From the NCBI GenBank assembly GCA_002633005.1, contig NMRA01000242.1, positions 1 through 64,000 on the forward strand: a stretch of DNA of 64,000 nt, given 5' to 3'. This document shows, piece after piece, positions 48,758 through 60,700 of the stretch. Source of the DNA: Phoronis australis. Lineage: Eukaryota > Animalia > Phoronida. Under the pieces are notes generated by a model. It worked only from the letters and a program-made list of their open reading frames with translations, was not told where the DNA came from and ran no database searches. The position numbers were made by a program, and so were the translations under genes. Positions within the stretch are counted from its first letter, which is position 1. Each line of letters starts with the position of its first letter.

Positions 48758-51700
48758 GTTAGTGGAAAATCCCCATTGTGACGGCGGGTTGAACACAACC
48801 ACACTGGCACACAGGCCGTCACGCGTCACCCATCAGCTAGGACAAGGTTAGGCAACACGTAGCCCCTCGGTTGGCCGGTTAGGGGCTACAATACTCCCAT
48901 CGCTTTCTGTACGAATTTCGTCCCGTGTATTTTAAACTTTCACCGATTAAGAGTTTTCACCTCGTCAAGAATACATTCTACAACCTTCCGCTTTAAAATG
49001 AGCTTACTGAAGTGATCCTTCTACACATATCTTCAATGAAGCATATCTACTGGAATTAAGGTGACTTTGGAGAAGAATTCCAATTCCACTTTTTGGTCAC
49101 CGTTAACTTTTTCACTGCGTGCGTGATAACCACAAAATATTTCAACTGAGTCACGTGAGTTAGGTAAAGGCTAGCGCGAGACTGAACAAAGCGCGTGACC
49201 TGGCGCGTGACGTTTGCAAAATAGCATGGGAAGATATCAGATGGAATTTGTGAGATCTGTGTCCCTTGGACTTTTTGTTTGTCAACAGTTGGATTTCACG
49301 TAACTTCCTCAAAATGGCACCCGGTGAGAGAAACCCGAGCGAACCGCGACAGATTTTCATAGACATGCTCAAGTTATGTTAACTAAATTGTATTCAAAGT
49401 CATCGTATGTGTTAATTATAACTCCATGTAGATAGTAGGCAATTACATCACTCTGGATGCCGCAGGCATACAGGGGCGATGGCGCATCCTCATAAAAGTT
49501 ACTCATTTCAAAATACAACAAATAAAATAGAATGAAACATGCATATAAGCTCATAGAGTTTTAATTAACACATACCATGACTCTGGATACAATTTAGTCA
49601 ACATAACTTCAACATATCCATGAAAATCTGTTGGGTGGTGCCATTTTGAGGAAGTTACATGGAAAGTCCAAGGGACACAGATCTTACAAATTTAACCTGA
49701 TATCTTCCCATGCTATTTTGCAAGTGTCATCCGCCACGTCACGCGCTTTGCTCAGTCTTGCGCTAACCTTTGCCTAACTCACGTGACTCAGTTGAAATAT
49801 TTTGTGGTTATCACACGCACGGTGAAAAAGTTAACGGTGACCAAAAAACAAAAAAGTGGAGCTCAAATTCTTCACTAAAGTCACCTTAATACTCGTAACT
49901 ATGCTTCATCGAAGATATGTATAGAAGCAGAAAGGATCACTGAAGAAAGTAAGCGCTTTTTGAAGTGATAGTTTTAAGTGTGGAATTTATTTTTGATAAG
50001 GTGAAAACTCCTAATCGGTGAGCAGCAGATTTCACCTGCCACTTATTTAAAACACTAGTACATGGGATGAAATTAGTACAGAAAGCAATGGGAAGTATTG
50101 TAGCCCCTAACCAGCCAACCAAGCGACTACGTGTTGCCTAGTCATAAGCTGACAGTCGAACGTCCAAATCGTTCGGCTAAGAGACAGTTTCCACTTGGCA
50201 AGCGATTTAGACAGACTGTATTAGATATTAAAATATCTAATACAGTTTTGGGTGTGACTTAAAAGTCACACCCAAAACTGGAAATACACAACACTCTCCT
50301 CGATTGTGGGGAGCACAGGGAAACGCTTGCCTGTAATTTGCCTTTGACCAGTTTCTGGGGAGGGAGTTAAGAGGGTGAGTAACTCCCTTTCGGCCTTTTG
50401 AGTTTTGTGAGTGCCCCTCCGGGCTCTGGCTCATGGGTCCCACCATTGCTGGGTGCCAATGTGGAAAAATCCAAATGATGAGAGCAGGTTTGAAACACAG
50501 CCCGTTGTGGCTAGTGACAGTGTGGGAGCCAAGCATTTAAACCATTTGGCTAAGAGCCAGTTGCCTTTTCACTAGCAATTTAAAGAGGATCTGAGCGATG
50601 GTATGTCACACCTGGAATCAGAAATTCACAACAATGGCAGTAACTGTGTTGGCGGTGTTGTAACCCTGTTCAAGCCAGAAGATTTTCTGAAAATTACTCT
50701 TAACCCTTGCTGAACTATCAAAGTCACATTTAATGTGCACCATTTTGATTTGAGTGTAAATTGACACCTCTGGAAATAGTTGTAGTCTATAATCCTTCCA
50801 GCTCGAACAAATACCCCTGTAGTCGATTTTTCCCTGCCCGTTTGAAGAACTCTTCAGTACCCGTACAGTCAGTGTGTCACTGTCAGTGTGCCAGTACCAG
50901 ATCACTTAGTCAGACCTACAGCTCTAAAGAGCGACTGCTAGCACTTGGCAAATTCAAGGTATACTATTCTGGAAGAAAATTTTGTTTTCTATTAGGCGAT
51001 GTGCATGTTTCATTAAATTAGCTAAAGAACTAGATGGTTGTGATTTTCTCATGGACAATGTCAGTTCCATGTGCAGTGGTACAATCACAACAAAAATGGC
51101 TCAGTCTTCTGGTGTGAAGGATGTAACAGGACATACCATCGTCTGTCTGTTGGCAAGTGATTAGCTGAGGCTTTATTTAACTACATGGTTCACCCACAAG
51201 TCACATGATACAGCTCCTTCCCCTCTCACACAACAGGTGTGTGTCTTGGCTACACACATCAGCAACACTCGTAGCATCCTGGAATTTGGCTTCAGTATCT
51301 TTCCAGCTATGTTCTGGAATTTGCCTGCAGCAATGCCCTCGGTATGTTCTGGTCCACAACCAGGCCACCACCCTCTACATGTGTCAATTGGAAGTCTTGC
51401 ATACATCTCTCAGGGTTTCGTGGGTCTCACCTTAATTGGCTACCAAATCCTTGGGTACCGAGATTTCAAAGTGGGTATCTAAAGGATATGAGTGAACAAA
51501 CCATTTGGCTAAGAGGCAATTGCCTAAATTGACGAGCAATTTGGAAAGGCTTTATTGGACTCCACACCACACCGGAGGCGCGTGATAAAACACCACCAGC
51601 CACATTCACGGTATTACGAGCTGCTTGCCATGTAGATTGACATTTGTTGCATTCTGTACAGTGATGCATTTATTGGTACTAGTTACTTGCCAGTGACACC

Positions 51701-54700
51701 TAGTGAGATTATTTGTCAATACTCATCTGTGCGCAACTGTAGCTTGAATGGTAATATGTCTGGCAATCACATAACACTGTTATCATTCATCCGGGTGAGA
51801 AGTACTTGATGTGGACATTATAAATCAGATCTTTCTGTCCAGTTGATGGTTTGGGCTAGATGAGTGAGTGTAAACCTAGATTCTGTCTTTGAATATTCGT
51901 GATAGTGTCAGATTTATGTTGTTTGACTCATAGTCCAGGGCCCTGCAGTTTTTGTCCAGTAGGAAAACTGGCACAGGATGAAACAGTTTTCGCTATTCAT
52001 CAATTCCAGTAGGAAAAGCCAAGCACTGAACTCCGTAACATCGGCAGGAATATTACTGTAAATTTCCAGGAGTGTTTTGTTTGGTGAATAGTGCACCAAA
52101 TTTCAAGCACTCTATCAGTAAATATTTGTGATTTCCCACAAGCTAGATGTGCCACTAACTAGATGTATTAGTGTTGCTGCTGTTGTTGTTTCTGTTGTTG
52201 CTAAAGGTCGCCACAATCGTGCTTCGCCATTTTACCATAAGGTAGGCACAAAATAAATATTTTCCTGACAGTCAAGTTGTGCCAACTAAACTGAATAATT
52301 ATACAAACTTCGTAGTTGACGGGTCTGCGAAATGAAATGAATAACCAAGCATCGCCTGCCAGCTTTTCCCTATTACTGACTGTACCCATGACAACCAATT
52401 AGTGGGTGTATGGGACAACAGCTACTGGAATTGTATTTTGTAACTTATCTTTTGCCAGGCCATTGTATATGACCGGGAAGGTAGAGCGCGTGTTGAAGAA
52501 GGGCCTCAGAGGGTAAGTACATATTTGCTTAATAGTGTGTTACCATTGTAGCGACGAACAATTAACATCTATGGTAAGAGCTCTCTTTTTGTTTATGTGT
52601 ACATGAATTTACAGTTAATTCAACTTAATACAATATCGTGCAATACAATGCTATAGAATAATAGTTAACAACAAATATGGTGCAATTTACATTTAGATTA
52701 CCACACTTTAGAATAAATAAAAGCAGTCCAGTACAATAGTATAATATAACACAATTTACAATAAATACAAGATCTCATATTATAAAATATAGAATGTTAT
52801 ACAGTAAATACAATACAATACAATACAATACAATACTATAGGAAAGCACAGGTTGCAGTAATCACAGTAATCAATCGAATAACATAGTTTATAATAAATG
52901 CTATGTACCACTAATATATCGTATACCGTATATGCAACATAATACAATACAATACTGTAGATGCAACATAATACAATACAATACTGTTGATTACCATAGT
53001 TCACACTAAATGCATACTATGCTATAGATTATTTAACAGCAATAGAAACATTGGATGTGGTCTTTAGATAAGTACAATATTCTGTACAGCTAGTGTTCAC
53101 TTATTTGCTCCCAAAATGCCAAAACTGTTGTTTTTCACATTTTCAAAGGCTGGTTGCATTGCTGCAAATAATGTAAACACTGCCAAACTTAAGTCTTATC
53201 CACACTAGGTGTCACCCTAAAACAAGTTACTCCTGGAACAAGTTTTCACTAGGTTTAGTAGTATTGTGGAAGCTATTTGTGCTTGGGCATCTTTACACTT
53301 GTGACCTAGTTGCCTCACCTTATTGACGTTGGGTAACTTACCCCACGTCCTCGTGCTTAGTTCACATACATATGGGTGTGCAATCCTGTTTGCGTCATAT
53401 TTGTCACAAGGTATAGGTTGGATGCTTGGCTGGCTGGGCACAAGATATTCTTAATCTTTGTTTTCGTTGAGAAAAGTATTAATTAAGTAAAGCTTCTCCT
53501 TTGAGCCATATTGTCAGTTACCACAATGCCATCATTATCGTTTGTAGATATTCCTGTGGCAAGAGAAGTTTGTGTGTCTAAAGCGATACACTGCTAATCA
53601 GAATCAGTACCTTGCAATACGATACAGGGATGGACGTTCTAAGCATATGCCTGGGTAAGTGGACTATGTGGTTATTAGTTTTGTTAATTAGTTGTCCCTG
53701 TTGATCCGTTGTGCTTTAACTCCTATATTGTGCAACTGTACAGGGGCTTGTTATTGAGAATGTTGATCATTCAGTTTTTACCTGCATGAGAAAGACACTA
53801 CCAGGAAGGGAACTTTCTGTATGTTGGGAGAGTTTTTAAATGTGATTTAAGAATGGACTCGTTTTGTTTTAGTACACATTTGAAGTCTTGGCCTATACAA
53901 TGAGACTAATTTGGTCCTTGAAAATCGCAAACAAATAGCAAAGAGGCATTTTGAATATAACCTGGTTTGCCTGGCCTGGCTTACAGAAGATAGCCCCAGG
54001 CATAAACTTTGTGAACTTTAACCTCATGAATTAATGTTCTCTGATTGGTTATATCGTTATCATGCCCCTCTGGAATTTATCAACTACTTCGCACATGTGT
54101 GACAGAAAAGTGACGTTTTATCAGTAAACAGGTTTCAGGTATTTTTATACCACAGATGTTGTGCCTCAATAATGTTCTCTTTTACCCAAACAAGCAGATT
54201 TTGGAAACTAGGTAATTTATATAGCTCAATACCCATTTATATGAAACTGGGTATAATTTAAAGTATACCAACAGATGTGAGGTCTGTTATTGACTGTTGG
54301 ATGATGGTGAACATGTGGGTATGATGTCACTGGTCCAGCCACTTTTTTGCAGAGTTCACGTGGTGTGTCCTTTGCTTAAGTGTAGCTCTATTTATTAATT
54401 CGCAGGCATTGTGTTGATCTCATTTACAGTTATTGTTTTTATCTATATTTTAAATATATGTAATGAAAATAATTTCAGGTGTTTGATACGATTGGCCTAA
54501 CTGAGCGGCCTGGGCACATCTGATGCAAGGTGTATCAGACCACCTATGCTGCACTTTTTTGCTATCTCGTTTTAAGAATAATATTCGAGTTTGGTATTCA
54601 ACGTTGATATCAAATAAATGTAGACATGTGTTTGTAGACCATGTGCCATGCACCAAGTGCCAACCCAACATCACAGTATTGATGTAAAGAATGCCATATC

Positions 54701-57700
54701 ATTGGATGCTAACGAAGTGCTTGTCGTATATCGACGGAACCCTGAAGATGACGTTGTGACTCGCTACATTCGACATGGACCTACTATGTTCATTCCACAG
54801 GCCAATGAATGGTAGGTTTTGACAGCTACCATACTTATGTTTTTGCCTGCTCTGTTCATTATTTACAGGGGTGTTTTTGGTTATGAAAATTTTTTAACAG
54901 GCAGCACAGCTGTGTGTAAGTGGTTGCTGGCTTCAAGCTAATACTCAATTTCATGATTTACATCAGATTTCATAAATTTTTGTTAAAGTTTGAATATTTT
55001 GGCCTGAGGACTGTCAAGTAATTACCAAACACTATCTGTTTGCTGACTTTTAGATGCATGTTTGTATACACAAGTCTTGATGTATGCATTTTCCTTCCTT
55101 GAAGGCTTCATGAGTTTGTGTGGCATGGTACGGACGTAAACAACAAAACGAGAAAGGTCCCTGGAGCACTCACCTTTGAAAAACTAAGAGTCATCCCTGA
55201 CCAGTTCTACTATAATGTAAGTAGTATGTAGTATGCATCTGTCTAGTTCTGGCCATATCATCACTGGTGCTCATGTTGTTTTTCAAGTTTATTGTGGAAC
55301 GCATGTCACCACAGCATGAAGTAAGTCTTTCTTGAAAAAGCAGTTATGTCTGAATTTCCTGAATTTCGTAAGAGAAAATAAATTTGTTTAGTCAGTTCTT
55401 AAATTTGATCCACAACATCAAAAAGCCAACAAATTATGAAAAATATGTTGTAAATAGTTCTTTAAATTGCTTCGATTGGTATTGGGTTGTTCTACCGGCT
55501 TCAGGTAATTGATTAGAACTTTATTGTGATGATTCAAAATGAGTTGTCCTTCTATAGGTGAACACTCGTACAAAGGACGACACACCAATACGTGTGAAAT
55601 TGATGATATTCTACGAGTTGGAGAATATTGAACTTATGGTGAGAGTTTTTGATACTTTTTGTCAATATAAGGCAAATTTGTTTGTTTACAAATATTTCAT
55701 GCTTTAACCCTCAGTTTTAAGGGAGAGCTCTAGGCATGATGTAAAAAGTTGTTTCAAGTCAGTGTTATAATGAATGATCTCAGTTTTTTTGGCAGTGTGC
55801 CAATAGAAGCCTTGTTTCAGTTTATAGACAATGTCTTGACCTCTCAACTCCATTGTTTGAATTCATAAACTTTGTCTTAATCTCTGACCTCCAGTGTGTG
55901 TCCCCAACAATTTTAGTTGACAACAGATTTTGACCTGCAAGGTAAAAAGGTAAACACACAGTTTTATGCTGTCATTTCACACTGCAAGCAAACAAAACAT
56001 GTAGTCATGTGATTTGATTTTTATGTTTCATTTACAAAGTAATGGCTTCATAGAAACTCTGTGTTGTGTTTTGTTTTTAGTCAAGAAGAGGCAGTGTGAA
56101 CTAGTAGGATAAGTGACTGCTTCCTTTACTCAAGGTTGTGAGTTCAAGTCTCACTGGGACATCTGCTAGCTCCTCAGCTTGGTTTTAACTTTATATTAAT
56201 AAAGCTCGAGAATGGTTCCAGTTGAGCAGTGCAATGGGCCCCACCTGAACGTCATGAACACGTCTGGTGCAACGTGTACCAGACAGCCTGCAAATATTGT
56301 TTTTATTATATTAGTCATTGACTAAATTTTGAAACCCAACAAACATTTTACTGCCATTCATTGTGCATAAAGCCTTTGTGCATCACCTCATTAGTTTCTT
56401 GTAAAACAAAAAAAATTTAAATTATTGCACTTGGTTAGTTTTAGTTGTGTTCATTTAGTAGTATTCACGTAGTTCTGTTACGTGGTTAATGTTTATGTGA
56501 TGCTTGGGTTTCAATTTTTGTCATTTGTGGTCTAACTTGTTATTGCAATTTTTTGTGGGATGTGAGTTACCTTACTAAGGTAATCCAAGTTCATAGAATT
56601 CCCAGTGGTGTGTACTGCGTGGGCACGTCATATTAAACAGTGTCCATGGCTTACATACTAATAATATGCTGTGAAACAAATACAACTTGGCTGGCTGTGA
56701 CAGCAACCTTCCATGTTTTTGTTACAGTTGGATGCAACTGAAGACCCTATAGCAGACTTTATTAAGTAAGTATGGCCGAGTCTGTGAACATATACAACAA
56801 TAGATGGACATTAGTATGTTTACTTGTTGATGTCTGCTTTTTGTTGATGAACAAGACTTTGTAGATGGTTTTGACTACGGCTCTTGGGAGGCCCAATATT
56901 TTCATTATTTGCCAAAATTAATTCAGTCATAGAAACAATTGAACATTTTTAATCCTAAACTTGGAGGTCATTCATTTTAAAGTTCTTTTTTCACCTTAAT
57001 GGACTTAAAGAAACTCTTTAAACTGACTTTATGAAAGGAATATAAAGCACCAACTTACTTGTTCTGGTCTGCTGTAGAATATATTTTTAAAATTTTTTAT
57101 GGCGCAAGTTAACTTTGTTGAGTTCGCTCAATTATTCTATCAACTGACTACAGTTTATTGCTTACTTCTGCCATCATATTTGTTTCTGAAAACTTTCATA
57201 AATCCTACCGTTTGTAACATGGTCATAGACACGTTATTGCAAAGTCAATGCTGCGTTTTTTCAAGATGAGCAAACATTTTTTACTGACGTGACTGTGGTT
57301 TACATTCAAGTTGAAAGTGCATCTTTATAAACAGTGTTCATGAATTGTGTGCCAATAGAAATTTAAGATAGGGTTTTGCTCACAACAACTTAACTGAAGA
57401 TCTTTCAGAACACGAGTCATTTGTTGTGTGTGTGGTGATATTCTGTTGAATATAGCGAATAGATTGATCTCAGCATTTTTGCATGGATTTCTGGAATAAA
57501 TTGAAAGTTTCTTGGCAATGTAGAACAGTGATTTTAGAGCATTTTACCATCTTGCTACATGCCCTTGGAGTTTAAATATGATTCTAAATAAATTTGCAGC
57601 AAAAGAGTTCTGCTTATTAAGTTACATGAGCCTGTATATCTGATTCAGTTGCCTGGGCGCTGATGTGATGGGCTTCACCTCCAACTGTACTTACCTGGAG

Positions 57701-60700
57701 TTCATGGAGAAGTCGACGGAGCTCAATGATTTGCGACACTTCCCCCAGTTGTGTGAACGGTGCAAGAAGATTGGCTTCATAGTTACGAAGGTCGTCTTTC
57801 GAGGTTACTACGCATCTGAGCAACTGCAGAGTTTACACGATAAGTCAATTGAGAAGCGGACAAAATTGAAAATAGCGGTAAGGCCGTCAGTTTGTGGGCA
57901 TCACAATTTTGGCCTATAGCAGCTTTTAAATTATCTAGTGGTTTATTTTGAATTATCTAGTGGTTTATTTTGAATTATCTAGTGGTTTATTTTGAATTAT
58001 CTAGTGGTCTATTTTGAATTATCTAGTGGTTTATTTTGAATTATCTAGTGGTTTATTTTCAAAGCGTGCTGAAGTTTACTCAAGGAAACATTCTGAGCAT
58101 GATTTATAAGCTAGTTTCTCCCAGCCAAAGTTATCTTATTGGAATACTGGTTCCGTTAGGTATCGGTGAAGTCATGGTGTTGGAGATGTGTGTTCTGTAT
58201 TGTTGAAGTCATTGTGTTGGAGATGTGTGTTCTGTATCATTGTAGTCGTGTTGTTGGAGATGTGTGTTCTGTATTATTGTAGTCATGGTGTTGAAGATGT
58301 GTGTTCTGCATGTGCCTTCAAGTGTTAATTCAAAACAAAATTTGCAGTTTGAGTCAGAGGAACAGAACCAAGTAATGATTGATATGAACCTGAAGAGTGA
58401 AGCTGAACGAACAGCAATGGAGGAGAAAATGGAATTAGACAAGATCCGTCACAGGCATGAGATTGAGAAGTATGTGGCTTTGTTATCCCGCACATTTCCA
58501 TGTCACTGTTTACCTGGCTATTACCAATTCGTCTGAGTTGAGGTCAGGGGCACAGTTCTGTTACCCTTCAGTTCATCACTGCCAATGTTATTTCTTTGAT
58601 GTCTGTAGAAGAAAATTTGCTTAGTCTAGACTTTTCCTTATCTGAGACTGAATGCATATATAGTGGCTTTGAATTCGAACTTATTAGGTTGGCCATGTTC
58701 TATTCCAAAAGATATCATTTGCATTTCTGATGTCATCTCAATTTACTGCCTGTATTGTTTTGTTTTGTCTTCTATAAAAATGGTTATTAGTTAATGTAAA
58801 AATTAAACTACGTCATTTTCCCAGTATATACTTTAACGTATTCAACCCTGACCACAGTTTAATAAAAAATAGCTCTCAGGCATGGTATACATAGTCTGGT
58901 GCCTTGAAGTAGACAACTATTCCAGCAAAAATAATAATAATAATTGAAACCTTATTATTTCAAAATTGTAATTTATTTAACAATCAACATTTCATGAATT
59001 TATCCTGGGTGAAAATGCATTAAATTATCGTCAAGAAAAGGTCATAATGATTGCCTTTTCTCCAGAAAATCACCCTATTTTTTGGTGGGCCACTGTTTTT
59101 TACTCAAACATAGTGTTTTCACATGACATGGAAATTTTGTTTCTTTATTCTGTCATGAGCAAGAGTGTGCCTAGGATTTCCTTTTAAGACCTTTTAGCCT
59201 AAGACCTCATTAGCCAAAAATGAAGGCTTCCATTTCTTTCAAGAAATGCTGACAATTTCATTTTTAACAGCAGGCCTTAAAAGAAAACCCCAGGCATGTT
59301 TTTAATTAATAAGATGAAGAACATCTTAAGTGTGTTCATAGATTTCTTCATATTGATTTAATTTTCTGAAAAGATGTCACTGATGTGTTAATGTTTTTTG
59401 TAATAACACCCCAGATTCACTTAGAAAGAAACAGTTTCCTTACCACCATACATTTGAAGATAATAATCTGGCCAGTTCCACGAAAGAAAACGTACACTAA
59501 TGGTTTTATATGGTGACTGCAATGGCATGTAATAGCTCTTACGATAGTCTAATTATCTCTAATTCCACTGGAAAATCAAGTAGTGATATTTTAGCATAAC
59601 AAATAAGCCAAAATAGGCGGTTAGGTTGTGTATCTGCAAAAGCCTGGTGGTCAAGAAATTGTGTACATGATGCACCTTGTTGGCAACTGATTGAGAATGC
59701 AAAAATACTGTCACGCCCTCTGTTGGGTTGCCATGAGGGTTGAATGAGTGATGAAAATAAATTTAATTATTTACAGTTATTCTTGACAAGATTAATTCAC
59801 AATGCCTAATGCTAGCTTGTATTTCACCAGAATTTAATCACATGGCGGGAATGTTTCATTTGTCTTTAACAGATCCCAGCTAGAGCACAAACTGCAGATG
59901 GAAAGAAAAACAGCTGAAGAGAAGATTAAAAAATCTAAGAAAGATTTTCTGGATGAATTAAATGTAAGTGTGAAATTAAATGTAAATGTGAAATTAAGTG
60001 TAAGTGTGAACACATTTTAGAAGTGCATGGGAATGTACACCAGTGAATGACTGTTGTTGTTTTTACTGTAACAGTTCTTAATTTCTGTTGTTTAATAATG
60101 TCCATAAAGTAATTGATTTATACACAAGGGAGTGAACAATGCATTGACTGGTATTGACTAGTTAATGACTCATTTACAAAATGGTCACCAAAGCATTGTT
60201 TGATATTGACTAGTTAATGACTTGTTTACAAGGTGATCACCAAAGCACTGTTTGATATTGACTAGTTAATGACTTGTTTAAAAAGGGATGATGAAGCCAT
60301 CTAATGGTATTGTCAAACATTTAATCCTACTTCTTTTCTTGCAAGACTGTTCAAAAAGGGACAAATTAAAATATTTTCTGTTCCACTGCTTAAAGGAGCA
60401 TGCCACCCAAAAAACAATCTAATTTGTATCAATTAAGATCGAGTAGTTCTACTCCATAACGACACCTACAGTTGCATTACCTGACACCTGACGGCAGACG
60501 GAGGTGTTGAAATTATCCAATGACGTCATCGGTTTCACACGCAGTCTGTTTAGCAGTTCACAACACGGGTTACTGGTGTCAGCTTATCGCTTGAAGTTAT
60601 CGTTTAACACCAATAAATCATCAAACTTCGATGTAAAACCCTTACAAATACACTGAGTTCTTATAAAAACGTGTTGTTTTATTTCGCTCTTACGAATTTA

